From Desulfobacterales bacterium (lineage in GTDB: Bacteria; Desulfobacterota; Desulfobacteria; Desulfobacterales; UBA5616): 64,000 bases of DNA. Below, piece by piece: positions 48,764 to 58,374 of this stretch. The position numbers and the translations under genes were made by a program. Numbering within the stretch: position 1 is the stretch's first letter; each line of letters opens with the position of its first letter. The notes beneath the pieces are model-generated. The model did no database searches, was not told where the DNA came from, and was given only the letters and a program-made list of their open reading frames with translations. Location of the stretch: positions 128,528 to 192,527 of the forward strand of contig JAWODC010000067.1 in the NCBI GenBank assembly GCA_046483495.1, in the 5' to 3' direction.

Positions 48764-50914
48764 TCAGGAAAATCCGAGAAATTTTCCCCCCTGGTACACC
48801 GCAAATGACATTATCCAGGCAAGGGACGTGCTGTAAATAACGCTGAAAAGGGTCCATTTCACGGAACCCGTTTCCCGTCGAATGGCCGCCACCGCGGCAA
48901 GACACGGAACATACAGCAATACGAAAACCATCATGGAGAGTGCGGAGAGCGGGGTCATTTCGGATTGTTCCAAGGCAAGTTGAAGGGCATCGGACTCATC
49001 ATCTTTAACGGCGTACAAAACACCCAGGGTACTGACGACAATTTCCTTGGCCACAAATCCGGTCAGTAAAGCAACACCGCCCTGCCATTCAATGCCTATG
49101 GGTTCGAAAACCGGCGCTATGGTTTTGCCGATCTTTCCCATGTAAGATGATTCGGTTTGGCGCTGCTCGATCCTTGAAGTATTCAGACCCTGTTCCGGAG
49201 CACCGGGTTCCGGCTGAGCGGGCTCCATTTTTTGGACCTGATCCGTTTCGATTCGATGATCCGGTGTGACTGCCTCATTTCGGGGAAACGCGGACAGTGC
49301 CCAGACCACCACCGACCCGATAAGGATGATGCCTCCCATCTTTTTTAAAAATATTTTTGTCCTGTCCCACATGTGAATAACCAGGCTTCTAACCATGGGG
49401 ACGCGGTAGGGAGGCAACTCCATTACAAACGGGGCGTCTGCGCCCCTGAGCAGCGTGGACCGGAACAGGCGTCCGGTCAAAATGGAGAAAACGATGCCGG
49501 TCAGGTAAATCGCAAAAATGACTGTGCCGGCCTGTGTTCCGAAAAAAGTGCCGGCAAGCACGAGATATATCGGCAGCCGGGCGGAACATGACATGAAAGG
49601 GGTAATCAGAATGGTCAAAATGCGATCTTTTTCGCTCTCGAGCGTTCGGGCCGCCATGATAGCCGGCACATTGCAGCCGAATCCGATGATCATGGGGATG
49701 AAGCTCTTGCCGTGAAGACCGATCAGGTGCATGATCTTGTCCATCAAGAAGGCGCATCGGGCCATGTATCCGGTGTCTTCGAAAAGTGAAATAAAAAAGA
49801 AAAGAATCAAGATATTGGGCAAAAATATGATGACACTGCCCACACCTGCGATCACACCGTCGATAATCATGTCCTTTATCAGTCCCTCGGGCAGCAGGCC
49901 CGCTGCGAAGGTACTGATCCATTGGATGGCCGTATCGATCCAGTCCATCGGGTATTGCCCCAGAGTAAACGTGGTTTCGAACATGACCCAGATAAAGAAA
50001 ATAAAGATGGGGAATCCGATGAAGCGGTTGGTGAGAACCAGATCGATGCTCCGCGAGGTATCCACCCGTTTCTGAAAAGAGGTGGTCACCACTTCTCTTA
50101 TAATGCCGGCGATAAACCCGTAGCGTTCGTCGGTCATGATGATTTCCGGATCTTCATCGAACCGGTTCATCAGATATTTACGCAACCCGGCCGTTTCGTC
50201 AAAAATCTCATCGGCCGAAGCGCCTGATTTCTTTTTAACGTCTTCGCGGATGATGTTGTCGTTTTCGAGAAGCTTGATGGATGTCCATCGCAGGTCGTAG
50301 GGCAGGGTTTCCGGCCCTTTTTTCTCGATGAATCGGCAAAGCTTTTCGATCGCGGTCTCGATATCCCGGTTGTACTTTACCCGCCGTTGGAAAGGGGTTT
50401 TAGGGGGTTCATGGGCGAGTTCGATCGCTTTTTGAATAAGATCGTCAATGCCCTGGTTTTTATTGCCCACCGTAAAGACTACGGGGACATCGAGAAGCTC
50501 GGAAAGCTTCCGGTCGTTGATTTTGATGCCGCGCGATTGGGCCAGATCGGCCATATTAAGGGCGAACAGGACCTTGCAGCAGTCCAGTTCCCTAAGCTGG
50601 GTGGCCAGGTAGAGACTGCGCTCTAAGTTGGAGGCGTCAATGATGTCGATGACGACATCGGGTGATTCCTCCAGAATGAATTTTCTGGCAACGATTTCTT
50701 CAATGGAAAAGGGCGTTAAACTGTAGGTTCCGGGAAGATCGATGATCTTGAGATCGAATCCGAATCGCCTGATCGACCCCTCTTTCTTTTCAACCGTTAC
50801 GCCGGGCCAGTTGCCGACTTTCTGACGCGTTCCGGTAATGTTGTTGAAAATCGTGGTTTTGCCTGAATTGGGATTTCCGGCCAGGGCGATGGTGATGGTC
50901 TTATTCTCCATCAT
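48764..50914 (-). CDS. feoB: ferrous iron transporter FeoB
   Basis: N-terminal G domain (IALAGNPNSGKTTIFN, DLPGTYSL) and a polytopic C-terminal permease. Confidence 0.95.
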   Translation of the reverse strand: MMENKTITIALAGNPNSGKTTIFNNITGTRQKVGNWPGVTVEKKEGSIRRFGFDLKIIDLPGTYSLTPFSIEEIVARKFILEESPDVVIDIIDASNLERSLYLATQLRELDCCKVLFALNMADLAQSRGIKINDRKLSELLDVPVVFTVGNKNQGIDDLIQKAIELAHEPPKTPFQRRVKYNRDIETAIEKLCRFIEKKGPETLPYDLRWTSIKLLENDNIIREDVKKKSGASADEIFDETAGLRKYLMNRFDEDPEIIMTDERYGFIAGIIREVVTTSFQKRVDTSRSIDLVLTNRFIGFPIFIFFIWVMFETTFTLGQYPMDWIDTAIQWISTFAAGLLPEGLIKDMIIDGVIAGVGSVIIFLPNILILFFFISLFEDTGYMARCAFLMDKIMHLIGLHGKSFIPMIIGFGCNVPAIMAARTLESEKDRILTILITPFMSCSARLPIYLVLAGTFFGTQAGTVIFAIYLTGIVFSILTGRLFRSTLLRGADAPFVMELPPYRVPMVRSLVIHMWDRTKIFLKKMGGIILIGSVVVWALSAFPRNEAVTPDHRIETDQVQKMEPAQPEPGAPEQGLNTSRIEQRQTESSYMGKIGKTIAPVFEPIGIEWQGGVALLTGFVAKEIVVSTLGVLYAVKDDESDALQLALEQSEMTPLSALSMMVFVLLYVPCLAAVAAIRRETGSVKWTLFSVIYSTSLAWIMSFAVYQGGKFLGFS

Positions 50915-51156
50915 TTATCTCCCTGCCGGGAATCGACCATACGGACCTCGATCTGCGCTGCCTCTTTTACCCGAAGTGACACGTGAAATCCCTTGATGTT
51001 GAGTTCCAGAGGATCTTTTAACGGCGCGTATTTCTCGACGTACACCCGGGTTCCTTTACGGATTCCCATCTCCAAGATGCGTCTGCGAAGAGGTCCGTTT
51101 CCTCCTATGCGCACGATTTCAGCGGTTTGCCCTTCTTTCATTTCGCTAAGCAGCAT
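50911..51156 (-). CDS. feoA: ferrous iron transport protein FeoA
   Basis: 81-aa SH3-like FeoA (LSEMKEGQTAEIVRIGGNGPLRRRILEMGIRKGTRVYV). ATGA overlap with feoB. Confidence 0.85.
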   Translation of the reverse strand: MLLSEMKEGQTAEIVRIGGNGPLRRRILEMGIRKGTRVYVEKYAPLKDPLELNIKGFHVSLRVKEAAQIEVRMVDSRQGDK

Positions 51157-51237
51157 CGATTCCTCTCTGGATGTCTCGAAACAGTTTCACCGTTTCATTT
51201 AGAATCAGCCGAATAATCGCCGGGAGCCTATATAACC

Positions 51238-51942
51238 TTAAATGGTTTTCCCCTTTCGTGCCTCTTTTTTAAGCGGTTCAACCAGTACTTTCTGCGCCAT
51301 TCCCCGGCCGATGACATATCGATTATAATCCAGCGCCACGACCAGTTGGCCGGTTCCGGAGTTCGTGATAATTTCGATATGATCACCCTGTCTGAGACCC
51401 ATGGTCATCAAGCGCATTCGGGCGTTGGCACCGCCGGTAAAATCCCTTATGACCAAGTGTTCGCCCGGCTTGGCCATTGTGAGCGGCATCCATTTGACAT
51501 GCGATTTCATACACCGATCGCAAATGCCGTAAATCTCCATTTTATGCTGAAGCATATGAAAGCCTCTGGCCGAAGCGATTCGGGCTTGTACCTCCTCGAG
51601 ATGGTCATCTTCGAATTCAAGAATTTTCCCGCATTTTGTACAGATCATATGATCGTGATGCTGGCCCAGATGACGGTGTTCATAGCGGACCAAACCATCG
51701 TCGAATGTTAGTTTGCTGGCAAACCCGAACCGGCAAATCAGCTTCATCGTGTCTCTGACAAAATGAGAATCGTAGTCGTGTCCGGCTTCTTTTAAAATCT
51801 GCTCCAATTCTTCGATAGTAAGATGATTTTCCGTTTGTAAGAACACATCCAGAATAGTGAAGCGATCATTGATCCGGTCCACTTTTTCCTGCTGAAAAAG
51901 GGTCCTGAATTGCTCTTTTTCTCTTTTGTGAATCTGTTTCAT
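51238..51942 (-). CDS. Fur-family metalloregulator fused to a C-terminal FeoA domain
   Basis: The first ~150 aa look like Fur: a winged helix, then HRHLGQHHDHMICTKCGKILEF and YGICDRC. Roughly the last 80 aa look like FeoA (LTMAKPGEHLVIRDFTGGANARMRLMTMGLRQGDHIEII...). Confidence 0.8.
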   Translation of the reverse strand: MKQIHKREKEQFRTLFQQEKVDRINDRFTILDVFLQTENHLTIEELEQILKEAGHDYDSHFVRDTMKLICRFGFASKLTFDDGLVRYEHRHLGQHHDHMICTKCGKILEFEDDHLEEVQARIASARGFHMLQHKMEIYGICDRCMKSHVKWMPLTMAKPGEHLVIRDFTGGANARMRLMTMGLRQGDHIEIITNSGTGQLVVALDYNRYVIGRGMAQKVLVEPLKKEARKGKTI

Positions 51943-52033
51943 CCGTGTATCAGGTGTTGAGGCCGTTTAACGATGCACCCCGTAGACTCGCCCGGTTTCG
52001 AATCGGGCCCGGTTGCCGATAATAAAACATTCA

Positions 52034-52062
52034 TATTTAATAAGGCATCAGGCTGTTGTCAA
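52034..52062 (-). promoter_or_regulatory. putative sigma-70 promoter of the fur-feoA fusion gene, with an overlapping AT-rich Fur-box-like tract
   Basis: On the minus strand: TTGACA, 17 nt, TAAATA. The adjacent TGAATGTTTTATTATC (about 52018..52033) ends in the ATTATC half of the Fur-box consensus. The match is weak. Confidence 0.3.
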
Positions 52063-52272
52063 TATGTAAAACATCTTTTAATCAAACTTTGCGGGATTCA
52101 TTCTGCCGCGGTTCGGATGATTGGCTGCAACCGCGTGAACTCGACAACATCCTCTAACCGAAGCATCGGAGATATCAATAAGTGTCCTAATAAGGACGAA
52201 TGCGACAAGCTTATGGATCTTACCGTATCATAGGAAGGCCGAACCGGCCGAAGGCGGAAAGGCAATCGGCCG

Positions 52273-54684
52273 CTATTTTTCATCGAGGACTTCGCGCACC
52301 TTTTCGGCCAATAAGACATTGGAAAACGGCTTCTGGATGAAATGCACCCCTTTATTCAATACGCCGTGGTGCGCGATAATATTGGACGTATAGCCGGACA
52401 TGAAGACAACTTTAATATCGGGATTTAAGGCGGAAATGTGGTCGGCCATTGTTCGGCCGTTCATCTCCGGCAGCACCACGTCCGTAAGCAGCAGATCGAT
52501 ATTTCCAGCATGGGTTTGGGCCAGCCTTACGGCGTGACCGGGTGTCTGTGCGGCGAGTACATGGTATCCCAGCTTTTCGAGTATCGCTTTTGCGAGATCC
52601 ACAATGGTTTCCTCATCTTCCACGATGAGTATGGTTTCGCCGCGCCCCTGGGGCGTTTTCACTTTTTTTTCTGGTCGGTCCATACCGGCTTCACCTGAAT
52701 GGACAGGCAGGTAAATCTTGAACGTGGTGCCAAGGCCCGGCTCGCTGTAAGCATTGATAAACCCATTGTTCTGTTTGACAATGCCGTATACCGTAGCCAA
52801 CCCCAAACCGGTGCCGTAGCCGATTTCCTTGGTCGTAAAAAAAGGCTCGAAGACTTTGTTCAGAACGGCCTTATCTATGCCGCACCCGTTATCACTGACC
52901 GTCAGCAGTACGAATTCACCGGGAATAAAACCCGGATGATGTTTGCAGTAAGCCTGATCGAGGACGGCCATTCCTGTTTCGATGATTATCTTGCCCACTC
53001 CCTCGATGGCATCCCGTGCGTTGACGATCAGATTGGCCAGAATCTGATCGAGTTGGACCGGATCCATTATCACTTTTTGAACATGCTTTCCGGGCTTCCA
53101 GATCAAATCGATATGTTCACCGATCAGGCGCCGGAGCATTTTGATGACACCATCTTCGATGGTTGTGTTCAAGTGAAGCGATCTTGGGGCGATAATCTGC
53201 TTTCGCGCAAAGGCCAGGAGTTGCCGAACGATTTCGGTCGAACGTCTGCCGGCAGTGAGGATCTCCTGTAAATCATTGCGAATGGGGCTCGATGGAGGAA
53301 TTTTCGCCATGGCCAGGTCTGCATAGCCGATAATCACGTTGAGCATATTGTTGAAGTCATGGGCTATTCCGCCAGCCAAACGGCCCACGGATTCCATCTT
53401 CTGGGCCTGAGTGAACTGGGCCTGCATTCGCTTTCTTTCCTGTTCCGCCTGTTTGACTTCCGTAATGTCTCTTGAACTCACTACCAGTTCTTTGATTTTT
53501 CCGTTCGAATCTTTAATAAAGGTTCCGATGGTTTCAAGCCAGACATAACCGCCGTCGGCCTTCAGGTGCCGATACTGTATTTTCCGTCTCCATTTTCCAT
53601 TTCTAAATGAATGCGTTAATGCGGCTGCTGCTTTTTCCAGGTCGTCCGGATGAACGTTTTTCAAAACGTTTTCCCCGATCTCCTTGTCGGGGTCATAACC
53701 CAAGGCTCTATGCGATGCGCTGAGAAATTTGACGTTTCCCCGGGTGTCCGTTAATGCCAACAGGTCAAGCATGTTGTCCGTAATATTCTGCAGCAGCTTG
53801 TTTTTTTCTTCGAGCGCTTCCTCGGCCTTCTTGAGATGGGTGATATCCACGCCCACCCCGACGAGGCAAGAGCGTTCATTCAGTTCAAGCCGGGCCCCGG
53901 TTAAATAAAAGGGCGTGCGCTCACCGGTTTTGGAAACGATATGGGCCGTGATGGTGGATTTTCCGGTCCTGAATGTCTCCCGGATGCTTTGCTCGATCAG
54001 GGGAGACTCCTGTTCATTAAATAAAGACGGCGGTTCAAAACGTACAAGTTCATCTTTGGCGTAACCGGTGACCCGTTCGAACCGCCTGTTCAATCGTAAA
54101 ATTTTTCTTTTTTCATCAAAAAGGTAAAAAATGCCGGGCAGGCTGTTGATAATCGAATCGGAGAGGCCCTTTTCCTGCTGAATTTGTATTTCCGCCTTTT
54201 TGCGCTCGGTGATGTCTCGTGATACACCTTGAATGCCGATCAATTTGCCTTCATTGTTCCGTATTCCTCGGACTACATTTTCCATCGGGACAATACAGCC
54301 GTTTTTATGAAAATAATCGGTTTCAATTCTTGTCGTCCTTTCAGGATCGGCATTACCCGTGCACTCTGCTGCCAATTCTCTTTCGAGTGTCAGCTTCACC
54401 TTTTCAAAGGAATCCGGGGTCATCATTTTATTTGCTTTTTGCCGCATCCTTTCTTCGGGAGTAAATCCGAGCGATTTTTCGATGAGGGGGCTGACGTAGG
54501 TGGGATTTAAATCGAGATCCAGGGTCCATACAATATCCGACACGCCCTCCGTTAAAAACCGGTATTTTTGTTCACTTTCCCGCAATTCGCGTATCTGTTT
54601 TTTGCTCTTCTCTTTTTCATTTTCCAGGTATTTGATTCTTTCGATCAATCGGCTATACATCGATTTTTCTCGATCTAAATCCAT
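52273..54684 (-). CDS. hybrid sensor histidine kinase (multiple PAS domains, HisKA, HATPase_c, C-terminal receiver)
   Basis: N-terminal coiled coil and about 4 PAS repeats. H-box AGGIAHDFNNML, N/G boxes (DNGCGI, GTGLGLATV) and a receiver domain (ILIVEDEE...DLLLTDVVLPEMNG). GGAGG RBS. Confidence 0.9.
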   Translation of the reverse strand: MDLDREKSMYSRLIERIKYLENEKEKSKKQIRELRESEQKYRFLTEGVSDIVWTLDLDLNPTYVSPLIEKSLGFTPEERMRQKANKMMTPDSFEKVKLTLERELAAECTGNADPERTTRIETDYFHKNGCIVPMENVVRGIRNNEGKLIGIQGVSRDITERKKAEIQIQQEKGLSDSIINSLPGIFYLFDEKRKILRLNRRFERVTGYAKDELVRFEPPSLFNEQESPLIEQSIRETFRTGKSTITAHIVSKTGERTPFYLTGARLELNERSCLVGVGVDITHLKKAEEALEEKNKLLQNITDNMLDLLALTDTRGNVKFLSASHRALGYDPDKEIGENVLKNVHPDDLEKAAAALTHSFRNGKWRRKIQYRHLKADGGYVWLETIGTFIKDSNGKIKELVVSSRDITEVKQAEQERKRMQAQFTQAQKMESVGRLAGGIAHDFNNMLNVIIGYADLAMAKIPPSSPIRNDLQEILTAGRRSTEIVRQLLAFARKQIIAPRSLHLNTTIEDGVIKMLRRLIGEHIDLIWKPGKHVQKVIMDPVQLDQILANLIVNARDAIEGVGKIIIETGMAVLDQAYCKHHPGFIPGEFVLLTVSDNGCGIDKAVLNKVFEPFFTTKEIGYGTGLGLATVYGIVKQNNGFINAYSEPGLGTTFKIYLPVHSGEAGMDRPEKKVKTPQGRGETILIVEDEETIVDLAKAILEKLGYHVLAAQTPGHAVRLAQTHAGNIDLLLTDVVLPEMNGRTMADHISALNPDIKVVFMSGYTSNIIAHHGVLNKGVHFIQKPFSNVLLAEKVREVLDEK

Positions 54685-55136
54685 TCAGGCCTCCGTCTCG
54701 CTCGTCGCATCGTCTTGTCCGTCTCGCTTCTATGTCGGCCAAAGGCATAATCGGCTCTGCCCTTCGTTAGGAGAGCCCGAAGTTGCCTCAAAACGTGAAG
54801 TCGTTACTCACAATCAAGGATTAAAAGGAAAATCAGGGCTTCATTCGTGCAGCTTTTTAAAATCCGTGGGATTTATAAAAAACGAATATAAGTAATTGAT
54901 TATTAATTAAATACTAAAATTTTATCCATTATATTTTAAAAGAAAAACGTAATTACACCAACTTCGTGATAAAATCAACCTTATTATTGGATTGTGATGT
55001 GAATTGGGGAAATCAGGCTGTCCTTACTATGTAATTTCCCTTTATGGAGGCCAAAAAGTGTTTCGGGGGCTAATCGGTACGGTTTTAGAATGGAAACCGG
55101 TCAGCCGTTTTTCGTAATAACGATTCCTTCCCGGTT

Positions 55137-55331
55137 TTATTCACCTCTTCCATCAAGTGCAGGCATCCGAATCTTTTTTTCGCTCCCGCCAAGTGCCGCC
55201 AAACGCCTGCTGCTCTCCAGACTGATCAGGGCTTCAAGCCCTTTACGGACAAGTGCCGTTTTTTCATTTATCCCCGTAAGTTTAGATGCCCTTTCAATGA
55301 GGGTGTCTTCTATATTTAATGTTATTCTCAT
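55137..55331 (-). CDS. vapB: VapB-type (DUF2191-like) type II antitoxin, orphan
   Basis: MRITLNIEDTLIERASKLTGINEKTALVRKGLEALISLESSRRLAALGG matches the ribbon-helix VapB antitoxin pattern (MRTTL.IDD.L..A...TG..TK...V..AL). No PIN ORF lies downstream. Confidence 0.7.
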   Translation of the reverse strand: MRITLNIEDTLIERASKLTGINEKTALVRKGLEALISLESSRRLAALGGSEKKIRMPALDGRGE

Positions 55332-55346
55332 GTTTACTCGGACACA

Positions 55347-55375
55347 GAAAAAGTGCCCCGGCACGAGGCCGGGGC
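55347..55375 (-). terminator. intrinsic terminator (minus strand) between selC and vapB
   Basis: On the minus strand: GCCCCGGC-CTCGT-GCCGGGGC (8-bp GC stem), then AC and T5. It ends 16 nt before the vapB ATG and lies about 155 nt after the tRNA-Sec 3' end. Confidence 0.6.
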
Positions 55376-55530
55376 GAGAGTGAAAATGATGATCAGTCCG
55401 CAAAAAACAGCCTGAAAATCAGAAAAATTCCGGTACCGGAATGGGGTGGTTTTTACAAAAAATGGGGTAATTCGGTACTAGAAAATTGTAAACATTAAAA
55501 AATATATCCATAATATTATCAAAATCGTTA

Positions 55531-55628
55531 TGGCGGAAGTGCATGGGAATCGAACCCACCCGGGACGTTGTTAGCGCCCCACACCGGATTTGAAGTCCGG
55601 GAGCCTCACCAGTAAGCTGCGCACTTCC
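55531..55628 (-). tRNA. selC: tRNA-Sec (anticodon TCA), CCA encoded
   Basis: 8-bp acceptor stem GGAAGTGC/GCACTTCC, anticodon stem CCGGA/TCCGG with loop CTTCAAA, a long variable arm, and T-loop GGTTCGATTCC. 98 nt. Confidence 0.9.
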
Positions 55629-55638
55629 ATAAATTTTT

Positions 55639-55667
55639 AATTTAATAATAATATTGTTTGTTGTCAA
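55639..55667 (-). promoter_or_regulatory. putative sigma-70 promoter of selC
   Basis: On the minus strand: TTGACA, 17 nt, TAAATT, ending 10 nt upstream of the tRNA-Sec 5' end. Confidence 0.4.
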
Positions 55668-55777
55668 TGGGATGTTTTGCTAAAGTCGGAAGCCGGATTG
55701 TAATTCATCGCCCGCAGCCTGTTCATGATTAAGGGCGGACGTAAACGGGGCTTAACCTTCCCCGGGGAGAGCTGATC

Positions 55778-56914
55778 ATGATCAATAAAGAAAGACTCGC
55801 GGACGTGTTCACAATGCTGGTGGAAATCGACAGTATTTCCAGGGAAGAGGAGGGCATGTTCAAGAAGACCGGTGACATCTTCGAATCCCTGGGCGCCGAG
55901 GTCTTTTGTGACAATGCGCATGTGACTATAGGCGGGAATACAGGGAATCTCGTTGCAAAATTCAGCGGAACAGCGGCGGTCGAACCGATGCTTTTAAACG
56001 CGCACCTGGACACGGTGGAACCCGGCAGGGGTATTCGGGTGAAATTTGAAAACGGTGTTTTTACAAGTTCGGGGGATACCATCCTCGGGGCCGATGACAA
56101 GAGCGCGATAGCCATTCTGATCGAAGTGATGCATGTCCTGAAGGAAAATAAACTCGATCACGGCCCCATCGAGCTGGTGTTTACCGTATGCGAGGAAATC
56201 GGCCTGGAAGGCGCCAAAAATCTCGACTACGATTTGATAACCGCCACGTTCGGCTATGCCCTGGATGCTTCGGACACGGAAGGGATCGTGACCCGGGCGC
56301 CCGCGGCAAACCGGCTGACTTATACCATTTACGGCAAAGACGCACATGCCGGAGCTGCTCCGGAAAAGGGCATCAATGCGATTGTACTGGCCTCCCGTGC
56401 CATTGCCCCGCTGAACATCGGGCGCATCGATCACGAGACCACCTGCAACATCGGGGTGATTCAGGGGGGGACCGCCACCAATATCGTTCCCAGTGCGGTA
56501 ACGGTACAGGGGGAGGTCAGGAGTCACCATAATGATCGGCTCGATACGGTAACGGAGGAAATTACGCGGTCGTTCGAGCGGGTCGTGAATGATTACATCG
56601 CGGCCGATTCCGGTGACATACCCCGCCTGGAAGTTGTTGTCGAACCCGAATTTCCCGGGACCCATATCCCGGAAAATCACCGCGTGGTTGAATTGGCGCG
56701 AAAAGCCGCTGAGAATTTAGGCAGGCGCATGAAGACGAAGACAACAGGCGGGGGGGCGGATGCCAACATTTTTTTTGAGAAGGGAATCTATGTGGGTGTT
56801 CTCGGAACGGGCATGCAGGACATGCATACTGTCAGAGAATCCGTTCGACTGGAAGATCTTGTAAAAAGCGCGGAATTGGTGCTGGAAATCATTCGGCTGC
56901 ACGCAACCCGTTAA
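55778..56914 (+). CDS. M20/M25/M40 family metallopeptidase (peptidase T-like)
   Basis: LNAHLDTVEP metal-binding motif, GADDKSAIA, and EEIGLEGAK catalytic Glu pair. Confidence 0.8.
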   Translation: MINKERLADVFTMLVEIDSISREEEGMFKKTGDIFESLGAEVFCDNAHVTIGGNTGNLVAKFSGTAAVEPMLLNAHLDTVEPGRGIRVKFENGVFTSSGDTILGADDKSAIAILIEVMHVLKENKLDHGPIELVFTVCEEIGLEGAKNLDYDLITATFGYALDASDTEGIVTRAPAANRLTYTIYGKDAHAGAAPEKGINAIVLASRAIAPLNIGRIDHETTCNIGVIQGGTATNIVPSAVTVQGEVRSHHNDRLDTVTEEITRSFERVVNDYIAADSGDIPRLEVVVEPEFPGTHIPENHRVVELARKAAENLGRRMKTKTTGGGADANIFFEKGIYVGVLGTGMQDMHTVRESVRLEDLVKSAELVLEIIRLHATR

Positions 56915-56979
56915 TTGATCGAGACCGGGTGCGGATTGATTGTATAGGATGAATTCTGCAGTGAATGTGAGGAATTAAA

Positions 56980-58167
56980 ATGGGTTTAGTTGCGTACTTT
57001 GACTGTTTTTCAGGGATCAGCGGGGATATGACCCTGGGGGCGTTTACGGATTTGGGCGTTCCGGTGGATTGGCTCAAACAAACGATTGCACAGGCGCCGC
57101 TTTCCGGGTTCGACATCCGGGTCGAACCCGTTTCCAGGAACGGCATTCATGCCGATCGCGTCGATGTAGTCGTGGAAAACGATCAGCCCAGTAGGGATTA
57201 TGTGGCCATCCGGTCACTGATCGAAAAAAGCCCCTTCTCGGCCCGGGTTAAACAGATAAGTCTCGATATCCTGGAGCACATAGCGGTGGCGGAAGCAAAA
57301 ATACACGATTGCCCCAAGGACCGTGTTCACTTTCACGAAGTGGGCGGCGTGGATGCCATCGTGGATATTCTGGGGACGGCGCTTTGCATCGAATACCTGG
57401 ACATCGATGATTTCTCGGCATCCAGGATTCCGACCGGATGTGGATTTACCGCCAGCATGCATGGGACCATTCCCATTCCGGCGCCTGCCACGGCCGCTAT
57501 TCTAAAGGGAGTCCCCACTTATGGCACCGATATACCGTTCGAACTCGTGACACCGACCGGGGCGGCCATTATCGTTTCCCTGTCCCGGGCGTTCGGGCCC
57601 CGTCCGGAAATGGTCGTCGAGAGGATCGGATACGGCGCGGGACGGCGGGAGCTCGAATCACAGCCTAATCTGTTGCGTGTGATGCTTGGAAGGGCGATCG
57701 ACACACCTCCAAAGCTATCGACTCTGCTTGAAGACGACATCGTGGTCCTCGAGACGAATATCGACGATATGAATTCCGAACATTTCGGATATGTGATGGA
57801 AAAACTTCAGTCGGCAGGTGCGCTCGATATCTGCTGGATACCCGTCTATATGAAGAAAAACAGGCCCGGCATTATCGCCCAGGTGCTGTGCCGTTTTGAT
57901 CATCAACAATCCATCATGGGCATCCTGCTTTCCGAGACCACCTCTTTGGGCATCCGGAGTTACGATGTTCACCGCTATATGCTGGACAGAAAAGAAATTG
58001 TCGTAGAGACGGTCTACGGTAAAATCAGGGCAAAAGAGATCAAAACCATCGACGGTGGTCATCGTATCGCACCCGAATACGAAGCCTGCAAAGGGACAGC
58101 AGCGGAGCATGGCATACCCTTACAGGATGTCTATGAGGCCGTGATTGCGGCATCTGTGAAAAAATGA
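56980..58167 (+). CDS. larC: nickel-pincer cofactor biosynthesis protein LarC (DUF111)
   Basis: AYFDCFSGISGDMTLGAF N-terminus and HFHEVGGVDAIVDILG, in a full-length LarC-like protein. Confidence 0.9.
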   Translation: MGLVAYFDCFSGISGDMTLGAFTDLGVPVDWLKQTIAQAPLSGFDIRVEPVSRNGIHADRVDVVVENDQPSRDYVAIRSLIEKSPFSARVKQISLDILEHIAVAEAKIHDCPKDRVHFHEVGGVDAIVDILGTALCIEYLDIDDFSASRIPTGCGFTASMHGTIPIPAPATAAILKGVPTYGTDIPFELVTPTGAAIIVSLSRAFGPRPEMVVERIGYGAGRRELESQPNLLRVMLGRAIDTPPKLSTLLEDDIVVLETNIDDMNSEHFGYVMEKLQSAGALDICWIPVYMKKNRPGIIAQVLCRFDHQQSIMGILLSETTSLGIRSYDVHRYMLDRKEIVVETVYGKIRAKEIKTIDGGHRIAPEYEACKGTAAEHGIPLQDVYEAVIAASVKK

Positions 58168-58374
58168 CCGCTTGTGCTTCGGGCTCACGTCATCGATGAT
58201 GGTGCAAAACGGGGGCACCCCACAGGTATAGGCATTCGCCGGCGCTGTGAATTTAAAGCATGGCGTCAGGACGAAAGCCCAATCCGGTAATTTCAGCCGG
58301 CCGTACGCATTCAGGATGCATCAGTTCGAAGAATTCGATCTTGACAAATAGATACCCGAATAATAGACACCTCC

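Noticed and set aside
54960-55136. Possible remnant of the VapC/PIN toxin downstream of vapB, for example a short frame ending …REGIVITKNG*.
   Set aside because: All three frames stop within 20-32 codons and none shows the PIN acidic residues. The resemblance of IVITKN to PIN C-termini is too short to support a pseudogene call.
55419-55667. Track ORF 55419..55667 (-), 82 aa.
   Set aside because: It is tRNA-Sec plus its promoter read as protein. The tRNA structure (8-bp acceptor stem, TCA anticodon, long variable arm) is unambiguous.
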